Of a stretch of DNA of 57,917 bases, positions 27,992 through 38,705 are shown one piece after another. A model generated the notes under the pieces. It was given only the letters and a program-made list of their open reading frames with translations, made no database searches and was not told the DNA's origin. The position numbers and the translations under genes are program-made. The stretch's first letter is position 1. Each line of letters opens with the position of its first letter. This DNA is from a virus (taxonomy: Duplodnaviria; Caudoviricetes), in IMG/VR virus record IMGVR_UViG_3300043409_000324, positions 1 to 57,917 of that record; one strand, given 5' to 3'.

Positions 27992-28203
27992 AAAACTTTA
28001 AAAATTATTACAGCAAGCTTGATGGAATGGCTAACGCTAAACTGTCTAAGCCAGAAAAAGATACAGGTAAAGGTTTGTTATCTAAACCGTCTGGTAAGTC
28101 TGATGTAACTACAAAAGATTCTAAAGATGTTTTTGAGAAAGTATCTACTTACATTGCAGCAATTAGAAAACAAAAAGAGGAGTTGATAAATGGAAGATCC
28201 TAG
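27988..28203 (+). CDS. small basic hypothetical protein
   Basis: 71 aa, coupled to neighbours. Confidence 0.6.
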   Translation: MKNFKNYYSKLDGMANAKLSKPEKDTGKGLLSKPSGKSDVTTKDSKDVFEKVSTYIAAIRKQKEELINGRS

Positions 28204-28663
28204 TTCTTTTCTGACAGCACCTATCCCCGGCATGTCTTTGACAGTAGAACCGGGCAGTGTACCTTGGGAGCAGCCTCCTCAGTATGTCACCATAGATGAT
28301 GTAGCTTCTTTCTATTCTGATAAGCTAGACAACCCAGAGGCTATCTTTGAGTTGATGGATTTGCTTGAGAACGGTATGCCCATCCTTACTATTGTTAATA
28401 CAATGGTGAAGTCATCTATCATGAAGGGCTTCCACACTGTTGATACAGGTTTCTTAGTCACACCAATCATTGTAGAAATCATTAAGACACTAGCAGAGTT
28501 GAATGATGTTACTTACACAGTAACTGCTGAAGATGCAGCTAATAAAAACACTGTAAACCCTGCAATCATTAAGCAATTGATTAAAGAAGCAAAGAATAAA
28601 GTAGAGAAAAATCCTGAAGCTGTTGTAGAGCGTAAAGGTTTAATGGCTAAAGGAGCAGCATAA
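28190..28663 (+). CDS. putative virion protein (APIPGMSLT...PWEQPP family)
   Basis: GAGGAG RBS; conserved-looking N-terminus. Confidence 0.75.
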   Translation: MEDPSSFLTAPIPGMSLTVEPGSVPWEQPPQYVTIDDVASFYSDKLDNPEAIFELMDLLENGMPILTIVNTMVKSSIMKGFHTVDTGFLVTPIIVEIIKTLAELNDVTYTVTAEDAANKNTVNPAIIKQLIKEAKNKVEKNPEAVVERKGLMAKGAA

Positions 28664-30081
28664 TGGGATTTAAACTAGGTTCATTTCTTGGTGGTGCAGC
28701 TAAAGGTGCAACAGAATTAATCGAAGAGAGAGAAAAAGAGAATGCTCTTCAGATTAAAGAGAGTATTAAAAACATGTACCACAACTATGCTGAGTACAGA
28801 AAAGAAACAGATAAGAAGAAAGAAGAGATTAGAGAAACAGTAGGCTCTCTTCGTTCCTTTAAATTTGCTGATGGTGTCTTAGATGATAAAGAGCTTATTG
28901 CTCTTGCTTCTGATTTACCAACGGCTAAATCTATTGCTACAGAATTACAGAAAAATCCAGCAGCCCTAGAAAAACTATCTAAGTCATTTATTAAATCAAC
29001 AGGTAAGATTCCTGAGGGGATGACTTTCAATGACTATGTTAATCAATATGGTAAAGTGTCTAAGATGGACGCTGCTGAGTTTGAACAAGCTGCTTCTGAC
29101 AAACAAGATGGCTTCTTGAATAAGATGGTGTATGGTAATAATGTAAATAAGATTAGAGCTGCTGCTGCTAAGTATGGCGTTACTGCTGAAGAGTTATACA
29201 ACGTAGGTGCAGCTAAGGGTTCTAAGTCTTTCCCAGCACTTCTTGAAGTTGACTATGCTAAGCTGCAGAAAACACCAGAGTTTAAAGATATTAAAGATAA
29301 AGCTATGGTTACTATGTACCAAGCAAAACAAGAAGGAACAGATGAGCAAATATTAGCAGCGGCTAAAAATATGGGTTTCATTAAGGGAACAGAACTTATG
29401 GCTGAACTTAAAGAAAAACCAAAAGAAACACAGCAAGATATAGAAATTGATTATGGAAAAAGAATTTTAGCAACTACTGATCCTAAGCAAAAGGCTAAAC
29501 TAACTAGCGAACTTAGAACACAACAAGAAATCTGGGCTAATCCATCGCTTAAGAAGTTGACAGATGGTGAGAAGATTACTACTGGTAATAAACTTGTTGG
29601 CTACAAAGGTATTATTAACTCCACTGTTGCAAACTATTTACCACCCGGCACTTTCAAGACTAATCCTATAACGGGTGATCTTGAAGTTAGCGAATTGGTA
29701 AAATCTGGTGATTTTGCTAAGGGTAAAAAAGCGGGTATGGAAGCAGCAATTGCTTTTGGTACAAACCCTGATGGTAAACCAAAGTCAAATGAGGATAAAC
29801 TTGCTTTGGCTTCTGTTGGTATACAGTTTGATCAAAGCGGTAAAGCATTTGCTCCTAAGGTTGAATTTGCTACTGAGGCAGCACCAGCACCAGTAGCACC
29901 ACTAAAAAGAGATGGGCGTGGTGGTGGGCCTATGGCTCCTAAGCCTAAGCCAGCCGCTGCTGCACCTGCACCTATTGATAAAGCAACAGCTAGAGCACAA
30001 GCTACAGCAGCTATAGAGGGTGGTGCAAAAGCTGGGGATGTAGCTAAACGATTTAAAGAAACATATGGTGAGGATTTATAA
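28663..30081 (+). CDS. putative internal virion protein
   Basis: Amphipathic GFKLGSFLGGAAKG N-terminus, helical; in ejection cluster. Confidence 0.7.
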   Translation: MGFKLGSFLGGAAKGATELIEEREKENALQIKESIKNMYHNYAEYRKETDKKKEEIRETVGSLRSFKFADGVLDDKELIALASDLPTAKSIATELQKNPAALEKLSKSFIKSTGKIPEGMTFNDYVNQYGKVSKMDAAEFEQAASDKQDGFLNKMVYGNNVNKIRAAAAKYGVTAEELYNVGAAKGSKSFPALLEVDYAKLQKTPEFKDIKDKAMVTMYQAKQEGTDEQILAAAKNMGFIKGTELMAELKEKPKETQQDIEIDYGKRILATTDPKQKAKLTSELRTQQEIWANPSLKKLTDGEKITTGNKLVGYKGIINSTVANYLPPGTFKTNPITGDLEVSELVKSGDFAKGKKAGMEAAIAFGTNPDGKPKSNEDKLALASVGIQFDQSGKAFAPKVEFATEAAPAPVAPLKRDGRGGGPMAPKPKPAAAAPAPIDKATARAQATAAIEGGAKAGDVAKRFKETYGEDL

Positions 30082-33000
30082 ATGGGAATGTTTGATGACT
30101 TAATCCCCGCTAAAACTAGTGGTGGGATGTTTGATGATTTAATCCCTGCTAAAACTAGTGGTGATGTGTCTGATGACTTGATGCCAGCTAAGCCTACGAT
30201 TCAGCAAATTGAAAGACAAGCTGCTCAGGGTTTAGAAGCTGAGCGAAAGGCTGCAGAGAAACCCGCCATCATCACCAAAGCTCCTATGCCTAGCAAGGCT
30301 AAGATTGAAGAAGCAACCAAGAAGAGCTTAGAACCCACCATTCCTTTTGAAGAGATATATAAAAATCCAAAGATATTTCCTGTAATTAAAGACTACATGA
30401 AGGTTCGCCTCAATGTCGAACAAGGAAAAGACCAGACAGACGAAGACTTTGCTAAAGACTTTATGGCACGAATGAGGTTTGAAGAGTACAACACCTTCTT
30501 AGGACTCATGCCAACTCTTGTTAAAATGCGTGAGGCCAATCCTGAAGAAGCCACATCTATGGCTTTAGGAAAAGAACTATTTAAACAAACAAGAAGTGTG
30601 TTCCAGCCCGGTGGTCAAGGCTATGGAAGTGCTGATGCTTTAGTTCCTTATTGGAATACACTCACCGCATTTGCTACAGACCCCCTTAGCTATGTTGGCT
30701 TTGTTGGTGGTAAAGTTGCGGGTCAGGTTGTTAAAATATCTGCTGCCCAAGAAGCTGCACAACTTGCTGCTGGAGCTGCTGCCAAAGGAAAAATTGCTTC
30801 CCTATTAACACCAACTAAAGGTAAAGCAATAGCTGGGGTGGCTGGTATAGAAACAGGATCAGGCATAGTACAAAGTCTACGCAGTCAACAATTAGATCAG
30901 ATGGTAGCTGAGAGCCTTGGCAAAGATGTAGAAGAACTTAGCGTAACACAAATGGCTGTTAGCGGAATTATCAATGGAGTGTTTGGGGGGTTGGAAGCTA
31001 AGACCGCTGTTACTAAGTTTGGTAAAACAGGGACAAAACAGTTTGAAGACTTAATTAAAAAGGCTAAAGAAAAAACACCAACAGATCCTAACGCACCTCC
31101 TACTAAAACAGAGGCAGCATTGTTGTCTCCTGTCGATGAGAACATGGACCTACTTGCTGAAGAGTTTATGAAGCAAGAGGGTGCTAAGATATTGGATGAG
31201 ATATCTCCCGCTGCTGCTTTGGTAGAGCCAGCTATTCGTAGAGACTTATCACAGAGAGCCATTCGTGTGGCTATGAATGTAATTGAAAACGATCCTACCT
31301 ACAAGGTTAAAGCAGGACAGAAAACCAGTACAGCTATTGCTGAAGTGTTCTCTGCTATGGACCAAGGACTTATTGATGACACCTTATTAGAGCAAGCCAT
31401 TAGAAAAGAAGGACTGAGTCCTGAACAGTTTGCTCAAGCTAACAGAGTGACAGTTACACAGGCTGCTCAGATTATGCAGCAATATTCCACAGCATCTAAG
31501 ACTCTTAATCGTCTGCGTCAGATTGATCCAGATGTTGCTAAGCAGGTGGATGCTTTGTATGGTGCTCCTGATGAATATACCTCTGCTATGGGCTGGTGGA
31601 TGGGAGCCTTCTTAAGAGCTGAGAGAGAAAGTAAAGCTGTCATGGTGAGTGGAATTGGTACTAGTGTGCGTAATGGTATTGGCACTGGTACTGGTTTAAC
31701 TTTAAATTCCGCAGCCTCTCTTATTGAAGGTACTCTGATGACTGTAGGTAAGACTTTATCAGGAGATGCCAAAGGAGCAAGGATAGCTACATTAAAAACA
31801 AGTATTAGTGACACCATTGAAAAAGCTTTTGGCTCTTGGTATTATCTATCCAAGGGTGACTTGTCTTCAGTGGTGACAGATGAATTACTAAAACACAATC
31901 CTAGTCTTAGGAACAACATCTTATCTTCTATGCAAGAAGATTCAACAGACCTATCTAAGTTTGCTCGTTTAATTAATAGTCTTAATGTGGCACAAGATGC
32001 AATATTTAGAAAAGCAATCTTTGCTCACTCTGTTGAAACTAAACTAAAAGATGTTGGTTTAGATATGTATGAACTTCTAGCACAAGGGAAAGTTATTCCT
32101 TCAGATGTTCTTAAAGAAGCTGCAGATGACACGCTGAAAGCTACCTTCTCATATATGCCTAAAGTACCTAAGAAAGGTATTAATACTTTAGAAGCTAAAT
32201 CTGAACAAATTGGTAACTACGTTGTTAAGGCTATTGAAGACACACCCTTCACTAGTTTAGTTGTTCCTTTCCCTCGCTTCATGGCTAATGCTATAGCCTT
32301 CCAATATAGATATAGCCCTTTGGGTGGTATTGCTGGAGCTGAGTCTGTTATCAGAGGCTCTAAGATGATGGCTAATGGGGATGCGGGTGGTGCTTCTCTT
32401 GTTAGAAAAGGACAAGAGAACATTGCTAAAGGCGTAGTTGGTACAGCAGCTTTGATTGCTGCCATAGATTACAGAGCTAACAACCAAGATGTTGAATGGT
32501 TTGAAAAGAAAAATAGTGATAATACAACAACAGACTTAAGAGGCTTGTTCCCATTAGGAGGAGTGACATTAGCTGCTGCTGACTTAATTGTTAAACAACA
32601 GCGGGGTCTTTCTATAAAAGTTGGTGGTGCTATAGAAGCACTGATTGGAATGAAGCTTCCAGCAGGTACTCAAACATATCTTGTAGATCAGATCATCTCT
32701 GCTGTCGATTCAGAAAGAGACACAGATAAACTGAGTGTAGCAATTGGTAGAGTTACTGGGGATTTTATTGGTAGATTTACAACTCCTTTTATTGTTAAAG
32801 ACATCTTCAACTTTGTTGATGCTATTCGTGAAGGAGGCTCTATTGCTAGAGATCCTAATGTAATTACATCAGATAAACCAGCAGATAAAATGTTAGAGGC
32901 AATGGGTAATAGACTTAAGTCTAAGATTCCTGTATTGAAGGAAGATCTACCTGAAGCTATTCCCCGTGTTAAACAAGGACCAATATATAAAGAAGGTGAA

Positions 33001-35142
33001 TACTTTAACAACTTAGTTGGTGTTCGTATTACACCTGAGAAAACACCAGAAGAAGTTGAACTGATATACCTTGGTATTGATCCATATAAACTGTTTGGTC
33101 AATCATCAGGCGATAAAGAATATGACAGAGCTTTTGTAGAAGCAGCTAATCCAGTAATTATTTCTACTATGCAAAGAGTAATGATGGATCAACGCTATCA
33201 ATCTAAGCCAGAAATTGAACAGAAAAAATCCATTGAGGACGCAGTTAGTAAAGCTCTTCTGAAAACAGCCAGACCACTTACAGAAGCTAAGTTTATGCAG
33301 AAAGACTTGAATCGTATATACAAGATGGAGTTTAATAAACTTCCTGCAGATACTCGTAAGATTATTAACAACAGGTATGCTGCTGAAAATAATGGTAAAA
33401 CATTAGAAGAAGCTAATGACTACATGAAAGTACCTGAGTATAAAACTAAACTTAAAGATCTTAAGTTTGCTACTGGTGGCATAGTTGCTGGTAAACTTTT
33501 TAAGGCGGGAGCTAAGGCTGCTGCTACAGGCACTGAGGGGATGCTAGAACTTATTAGAAAGACTAAGAATCCTGAAGCTCTTGTTGCCAATGAAATTAAT
33601 AATATTGTAGAAAATACTTTAAGTAAGACAGACTTAACAACTAAAGCAATAACCACACAACCTGCTGCTAAAGTTAAGAGCACAACTAAATCTGCTATGT
33701 CTGAACCTAAGCCAGTGGATGCAGAGATGGAGAAGCTGGTAACAGATGCTGAAGCTACATTCACTCCACCACCTAAGGTAGAGCCTGAGGTGTTGCCAGA
33801 GATTAAGATAGACCTTCCTATGGAGGTTGCTGTTCCTTTGTCTCCTTATAGGCAAGCACTAATTGAAAGCCCTAATCTTAATAAACCTAAGTTTGGTTCT
33901 GATTTTGAAACTAGACAAAAAACATTAGGGGTGTTAAGAGATATTAGAACAAACGCTTTTGATAAGCTAGTAGAGATGCCCAATGTAACAGCCAAACTTG
34001 AAGATGATGTTATTGCTGTAGCTCAGGGTGAATACAGAGCAGCAAAAGGTAAAGAGGTGGATGTTAATAATCAAGAAGCTATTACTGACTTCATTACTTT
34101 TGCCCTTCCTTTACAGGATAAATTAAAAAGCTTACGGAAAACATATAAAAATAAACCACCAGTAGTGCTCTATCATGGTACAAAAGGGGACGCTGATGAT
34201 ATTCTTGCTAAGGGTCTTACAGACCCCACCAGCTTAGACAAGGGTCATTCAGAAATGTCGGTGGGAGCCACCTCATTTACTAAAGATATTAGATATAACT
34301 TTGCTGGAGCTAAGGGCGGTAAGAACCCTTCACAGATTTTAGAGACTAGCATTCCTTACGCTGATTATGAATTCAGACGCATTAACATGCCAATGAGTAA
34401 GTATCAAGAAAGCGAAGGCTTTGGAGATATGAATACCATTGCTCGTTCCATCACAGGTAGTCCTACTGTGGCTCGACCTTTGGGACTACCTCAATCTGTT
34501 GGATTAAGAGAAACTGAAGATGCTTTTGTTGAGAGTGATAAACTAGTGCTTGGAAGAAAGACAGAAGAAGTAGCATCTAAACTTCCATTTGTAATAAAAC
34601 AAGATAAAATAGCTAGCCAAGGTTTTAAAAGATTAACCACTATTAGAGATAATTTCTTAACTCCAGATTCTTTAAAGCCAATTAAGAAAGGTGGGATGGG
34701 TAGTGAAGAAGTTCAAGCAACCACTGCTTATAGAATTATTAGGGATCTTGTTAGGAATGAGTTTACAGAAACTAAAGGGCTGGTAAAAACATCTCAAACA
34801 ACCCTCGGAAGACTTCGTAAGATAGCTACAGACAGAGCCTTTTTAAAAGATGCAGAAATAAATCCAGACATAGTTAACTTTATACCTGAGGTTATTACTT
34901 CTTTAGAAAGAGTGGGTAGTAAAGAGAAAGCAGAAGCTTTAAAGATATTAGAAAATCAATTTAATTACCTGCGTAAATACCAAACTGGAGATGGTGGGGG
35001 TAATGAAGAAATTACCCGTATCACCAGTGAACAAACTAAAGCAGTAGATGCTATTAGAGACTTGGTAGGTGGAACCTACAGAGATAAAGAAACTAAGAAA
35101 AGAATTGGCTTAGCTAAGGGTGGCCTAGCCAGCCGTAGATAA
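30082..35142 (+). CDS. giant internal virion/ejection protein with candidate C-terminal ADP-ribosyltransferase-like domain
   Basis: 1686 aa, last gene of late arm; MFDDLIP repeats, PFPRF core motif, LYHGT...SFTKD near the C-terminus. Confidence 0.8.
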   Translation: MGMFDDLIPAKTSGGMFDDLIPAKTSGDVSDDLMPAKPTIQQIERQAAQGLEAERKAAEKPAIITKAPMPSKAKIEEATKKSLEPTIPFEEIYKNPKIFPVIKDYMKVRLNVEQGKDQTDEDFAKDFMARMRFEEYNTFLGLMPTLVKMREANPEEATSMALGKELFKQTRSVFQPGGQGYGSADALVPYWNTLTAFATDPLSYVGFVGGKVAGQVVKISAAQEAAQLAAGAAAKGKIASLLTPTKGKAIAGVAGIETGSGIVQSLRSQQLDQMVAESLGKDVEELSVTQMAVSGIINGVFGGLEAKTAVTKFGKTGTKQFEDLIKKAKEKTPTDPNAPPTKTEAALLSPVDENMDLLAEEFMKQEGAKILDEISPAAALVEPAIRRDLSQRAIRVAMNVIENDPTYKVKAGQKTSTAIAEVFSAMDQGLIDDTLLEQAIRKEGLSPEQFAQANRVTVTQAAQIMQQYSTASKTLNRLRQIDPDVAKQVDALYGAPDEYTSAMGWWMGAFLRAERESKAVMVSGIGTSVRNGIGTGTGLTLNSAASLIEGTLMTVGKTLSGDAKGARIATLKTSISDTIEKAFGSWYYLSKGDLSSVVTDELLKHNPSLRNNILSSMQEDSTDLSKFARLINSLNVAQDAIFRKAIFAHSVETKLKDVGLDMYELLAQGKVIPSDVLKEAADDTLKATFSYMPKVPKKGINTLEAKSEQIGNYVVKAIEDTPFTSLVVPFPRFMANAIAFQYRYSPLGGIAGAESVIRGSKMMANGDAGGASLVRKGQENIAKGVVGTAALIAAIDYRANNQDVEWFEKKNSDNTTTDLRGLFPLGGVTLAAADLIVKQQRGLSIKVGGAIEALIGMKLPAGTQTYLVDQIISAVDSERDTDKLSVAIGRVTGDFIGRFTTPFIVKDIFNFVDAIREGGSIARDPNVITSDKPADKMLEAMGNRLKSKIPVLKEDLPEAIPRVKQGPIYKEGEYFNNLVGVRITPEKTPEEVELIYLGIDPYKLFGQSSGDKEYDRAFVEAANPVIISTMQRVMMDQRYQSKPEIEQKKSIEDAVSKALLKTARPLTEAKFMQKDLNRIYKMEFNKLPADTRKIINNRYAAENNGKTLEEANDYMKVPEYKTKLKDLKFATGGIVAGKLFKAGAKAAATGTEGMLELIRKTKNPEALVANEINNIVENTLSKTDLTTKAITTQPAAKVKSTTKSAMSEPKPVDAEMEKLVTDAEATFTPPPKVEPEVLPEIKIDLPMEVAVPLSPYRQALIESPNLNKPKFGSDFETRQKTLGVLRDIRTNAFDKLVEMPNVTAKLEDDVIAVAQGEYRAAKGKEVDVNNQEAITDFITFALPLQDKLKSLRKTYKNKPPVVLYHGTKGDADDILAKGLTDPTSLDKGHSEMSVGATSFTKDIRYNFAGAKGGKNPSQILETSIPYADYEFRRINMPMSKYQESEGFGDMNTIARSITGSPTVARPLGLPQSVGLRETEDAFVESDKLVLGRKTEEVASKLPFVIKQDKIASQGFKRLTTIRDNFLTPDSLKPIKKGGMGSEEVQATTAYRIIRDLVRNEFTETKGLVKTSQTTLGRLRKIATDRAFLKDAEINPDIVNFIPEVITSLERVGSKEKAEALKILENQFNYLRKYQTGDGGGNEEITRITSEQTKAVDAIRDLVGGTYRDKETKKRIGLAKGGLASRR
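30088..30192 (+). repeat. tandem 39-nt repeat (MFDDLIPAKTSGG, ~2.7 copies)
   Basis: Direct reading of the sequence. Confidence 0.85.
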
Positions 35143-35568
35143 TACAACATGAGATAGTCTATCAAGAGGAACCTTGTAAAAGAGTTCACCTTGGTAGACA
35201 TATTTATTTCTAGACTCTTTAACTTCTGAATCTAATACAGCAGCAGCTTCGCAATGAAACAATGCTGTGCCATCTTTATTAATAGAGAAGAAGTGTGTAG
35301 GTAGTTCTTGTGTTAAGAGCTTCTTCTTCCTAGCAGGTACATTCAAATCTTCATAGGGAAACTCTACAGTTTTCCATGACAGTCTGACTTCTACCTCAGC
35401 GTACCCCACCAACAAGCTGTCTTTGTACAGATGCAGATCAATCCCATACCTGTCAGGATTGTCTCTAGCTTCCATATCCCAAAAAGAAGAGACATAGTTT
35501 TTAACTACATCTCTTCCAAACTTGTCGTAGGTATCGTGCAGTTCTTTATCAAACCGCTTGGTAGCCAT
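35125..35568 (-). CDS. PD-(D/E)xK nuclease-like protein
   Basis: Start re-called at MATKRF; GIDL...YAEVEVR pattern. Confidence 0.55.
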   Translation of the reverse strand: MATKRFDKELHDTYDKFGRDVVKNYVSSFWDMEARDNPDRYGIDLHLYKDSLLVGYAEVEVRLSWKTVEFPYEDLNVPARKKKLLTQELPTHFFSINKDGTALFHCEAAAVLDSEVKESRNKYVYQGELFYKVPLDRLSHVVLSTAG

Positions 35569-35737
35569 TAAGTCTTTCAATGTTATCGAAGTAGCCACGA
35601 TCAAATCCTCGTTGCCATTCCTTACCTGCCACAGATGATGGTTCATATTGATTGACCAACCATCCATGCCTGAAAGCTTTATAGCCCTGTTCAAATTGAA
35701 TACGCAATGGTGCAGATCGTTCAGACTTGACTTGCAT
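35549..35737 (-). CDS. Rmf/CrpP-fold-like small protein
   Basis: FEQGYKAF..G...NQY......KEWQRGF pattern. Confidence 0.5.
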   Translation of the reverse strand: MQVKSERSAPLRIQFEQGYKAFRHGWLVNQYEPSSVAGKEWQRGFDRGYFDNIERLNGYQAV

Positions 35738-35738
35738 G

Positions 35739-35945
35739 TTATTCCCCTGTAGGTTTATCGCCCTTGATGAGTTCGCCTATCTCTTCAAACTCACCAATAT
35801 AGATACTAAGAAAAGGCAACTTAAGTAGTATACCACTATAAGATACCAACTTATCCTGTGGTCCACCATCATCTATGATGTGACAGATGGTGTCATTGAA
35901 TTCAATGTCCAGTCCAATGCCTTGCCTTAGCTCTACAACAATCAT
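35739..35945 (-). CDS. hypothetical protein
   Basis: 68 aa, coupled to nrdB. Confidence 0.6.
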   Translation of the reverse strand: MIVVELRQGIGLDIEFNDTICHIIDDGGPQDKLVSYSGILLKLPFLSIYIGEFEEIGELIKGDKPTGE

Positions 35946-36901
35946 GCTGCCTTACCCCATACATCATCCCAAGTACCAGTGGTAGCACCCTTGCTGTAGT
36001 CTGTTACACGTTGCTCAAAGAAGTTGGTGTGGCTAACACCAAGCATACCATCCACCCAAGGCAGAGGGTTCTTCTTGATCTTGTAGATGCCTTTCATCCC
36101 CATAGAGATGAGTCTGCGATCAGCAATGTAGCGAATGTATTGCTTCACTTCTTCTTTCGTGAGTTTCTCAACCTCAACCATTGAAAAAGCCAGATCCACA
36201 AACTGATCCTCCAGACCCACCATTTGATCTGCAATTTCCTTGATGCGGTCCGAAGTGCTCTCATCTTTGTTGTGCTTAACATACTCACGATACACCTTTA
36301 TCATGCCTTCAGCATGCTGAGTTTCGTCCACAATAGACCAAGCAATGATTTGGCCCAACCCCTTAAGCTTACCATTCCTTGCAAAGTTTAGCAACATAAC
36401 AAAGCTAGAGAATAGCTGCATGCCTTCACCGAATGCAGAGATGGCTGCAATTTTCTCAGCCATTGGTGCTGCACTCAGATTGTTAATGTAGTCATGCTTC
36501 TCCACCATCTCCCTATACTGTAGGAATTCATTGTAGGTGGATTCAGGTAAGCCTAAGGTTTCAATGAGGTGAGCATAGGCTGCTACATGCAGGGCTTCCC
36601 TACCTGCAAAGCCACTCATCATCATCCTCACTTCAGGCTGCTTGAACACTGGGATGTAGTGGTCATGGTATCCACTGCCAATGTCCAAGTCTCCTTGTAC
36701 AAAGAAGCGCAAGATCTTTGTTAGAAACTCTTGCTCTTGTTTGCTCAGCTTCTTATAGTCTTTAACATCCTCAGACATTGGTACTTCTGTATGAAGCCAA
36801 TGGCTCTGCTCATGTTGCAGCCAAGCATCATAAGCCCAAGGATACTTAAAGGGTTTGAATGTTGTACGCTCTTGCGTGATGTCTGTCTTAGTCTTTACCA
36901 T
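35942..36901 (-). CDS. nrdB: ribonucleotide reductase class Ia beta subunit
   Basis: W...E, EALHVAAY, EGMQLFSSF, DETQH and NFFE motifs. Confidence 0.95.
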   Translation of the reverse strand: MVKTKTDITQERTTFKPFKYPWAYDAWLQHEQSHWLHTEVPMSEDVKDYKKLSKQEQEFLTKILRFFVQGDLDIGSGYHDHYIPVFKQPEVRMMMSGFAGREALHVAAYAHLIETLGLPESTYNEFLQYREMVEKHDYINNLSAAPMAEKIAAISAFGEGMQLFSSFVMLLNFARNGKLKGLGQIIAWSIVDETQHAEGMIKVYREYVKHNKDESTSDRIKEIADQMVGLEDQFVDLAFSMVEVEKLTKEEVKQYIRYIADRRLISMGMKGIYKIKKNPLPWVDGMLGVSHTNFFEQRVTDYSKGATTGTWDDVWGKAA

Positions 36902-36902
36902 A

Positions 36903-38684
36903 TCATCCTTCACATGCTAAACAAGTTTCACCTTCTGCCACCTGCTTCAAATCAATATCGTCTTCAATACGTTGACGTTTAATCTGAGCACCCACCTTAT
37001 CTGCCTTACGCACCTTCTCTGAACGAAGATAGTATAGGCTCTTTAGTCCACTCTTCCAAGCAAGGAAGTGAATGGCATGTAGATATTTAATGGATACATT
37101 GGCAGGGAAGAACAGGTTAATGCTCTGTCCTTGGTCAATATATTTCTGTCTGTCTGATGCAAGCTCAACCAACCAACGCTGATCAATCTCCATAGCAGTC
37201 TTAAACACTTCCTTCAATTGATCAGAGATGTCTAGGTGCTGTACAGATCCTTCGTTGCTGATGATGGATGCCCACACATCATCATCGTCCATGCCCAGTG
37301 CAGCAAGTTGTGCTTTCAGGAACCTGTTCTTGTAAACGAATGACCCACTGAGCGTGTCTTGGCGAAATACATTCGCTCTGTACGGCTCGACTGAAGGGCT
37401 AGTATTACCCATGATAAGGCTGCTACTGGCATTAGGGGCAATAGCAGTGTGATGACTAAACCTTCTACGAATATTACCGTGACCAGCATCAATACAACTA
37501 CCACGCTGCTGCTCCAAGATAGAGTCAGCAATTAAACACGAAGAATGAATGTGCTTAAAGATTTCATTGTTAAAGCTCTTAGCCATCACACCATCGATGG
37601 CTACACCTTTCTTCTGTAAGAATGCATGAAAGCCTAGAGTACCTACACCAATGCTTCGCTCCATCATTGCGCTGTACTTAGCCCTAGCAATTGTTGATGG
37701 TGCTTTGTCGATGAAGTATTGCAAGACATTGTCTAGCATTTCCATAACATCTAAAATGAATCGCTTGTCATCTTTCCAGTCATCGTAGTATTCTAAGTTG
37801 AGAGAAGACAAGCAGCACACTGCTGTTCGTTTCTCGTTAGTTGGTAGGAAGATTTCTGTACACAAGTTGCTGCCATTAATCTTCAAGCCTTTGTCACTCA
37901 ACCACTTAGGCATAGCCTTATTAGCTGTATCAATGAACACCAAGTATGGCTCACCTGTCTGCATACGCAGGTCCAATATCTTCTGCCACAAATATTTAGC
38001 AGACACTGTCTCTACCACCTCACCACTGGAAGGATTCTTTAGCTGAAAGCTATCATCAAAGTCAGGATCTTTCATGGCCTTCTCAATGATGGTCATGAAT
38101 TCATCAGTGATGTTGATGCCGTGATGCAGGTTTAATGTGCGTACATTCTGGTCACCTGTAGGCTTACGCATCTCCAGAAACTGGATGATGTCAGGGTGGT
38201 GGATGTCTAGATAGGCAGCATAGCTACCCCGTCTTGTGCGTCCTTGGCGATAGGCCAATGAACTAGCATCGTATATCTTAAGGTGGGGCATAACACCAGT
38301 AGACTTATCATCGCCATTGCGGATACCAACATGAACCCCGACACCACCACCATACATGGATAGCCAATTAGTTTCTGATAGGTTATCGACCAAGCCTTCT
38401 GCACTATCATCCATATAGTTAAGGAAGCAGCTAATAGGGAAACCACGCTTAGAGCGACCAAAAGATAGGATAGGCGTAGAGTAGCTAAGCCAGTGCTTAC
38501 TACTGTAGTCATACAATCGCTGAGCATGCTCTTGACTTGACGCAAACGATTCCGAAACATATGCAAATCTTTCTTGAGGGCTAGCCTCTTCATCCTTCAT
38601 ATAACTCTCTCTCAATCTCTGGATGCCTAGCTCATCAAACAATGCGTCCCGAGACAGGTCAATGCTGACCTTAAACTTTGCCAT
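36903..38684 (-). CDS. nrdA: ribonucleotide reductase class Ia alpha subunit
   Basis: STP, PISCFL, GSNLCTEI, AIAPNASSS, KSLYY and C-terminal CxxC motifs. Confidence 0.96.
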   Translation of the reverse strand: MAKFKVSIDLSRDALFDELGIQRLRESYMKDEEASPQERFAYVSESFASSQEHAQRLYDYSSKHWLSYSTPILSFGRSKRGFPISCFLNYMDDSAEGLVDNLSETNWLSMYGGGVGVHVGIRNGDDKSTGVMPHLKIYDASSLAYRQGRTRRGSYAAYLDIHHPDIIQFLEMRKPTGDQNVRTLNLHHGINITDEFMTIIEKAMKDPDFDDSFQLKNPSSGEVVETVSAKYLWQKILDLRMQTGEPYLVFIDTANKAMPKWLSDKGLKINGSNLCTEIFLPTNEKRTAVCCLSSLNLEYYDDWKDDKRFILDVMEMLDNVLQYFIDKAPSTIARAKYSAMMERSIGVGTLGFHAFLQKKGVAIDGVMAKSFNNEIFKHIHSSCLIADSILEQQRGSCIDAGHGNIRRRFSHHTAIAPNASSSLIMGNTSPSVEPYRANVFRQDTLSGSFVYKNRFLKAQLAALGMDDDDVWASIISNEGSVQHLDISDQLKEVFKTAMEIDQRWLVELASDRQKYIDQGQSINLFFPANVSIKYLHAIHFLAWKSGLKSLYYLRSEKVRKADKVGAQIKRQRIEDDIDLKQVAEGETCLACEG

Positions 38685-38705
38685 AGAAATACTCCTGATA
38701 GGGGG

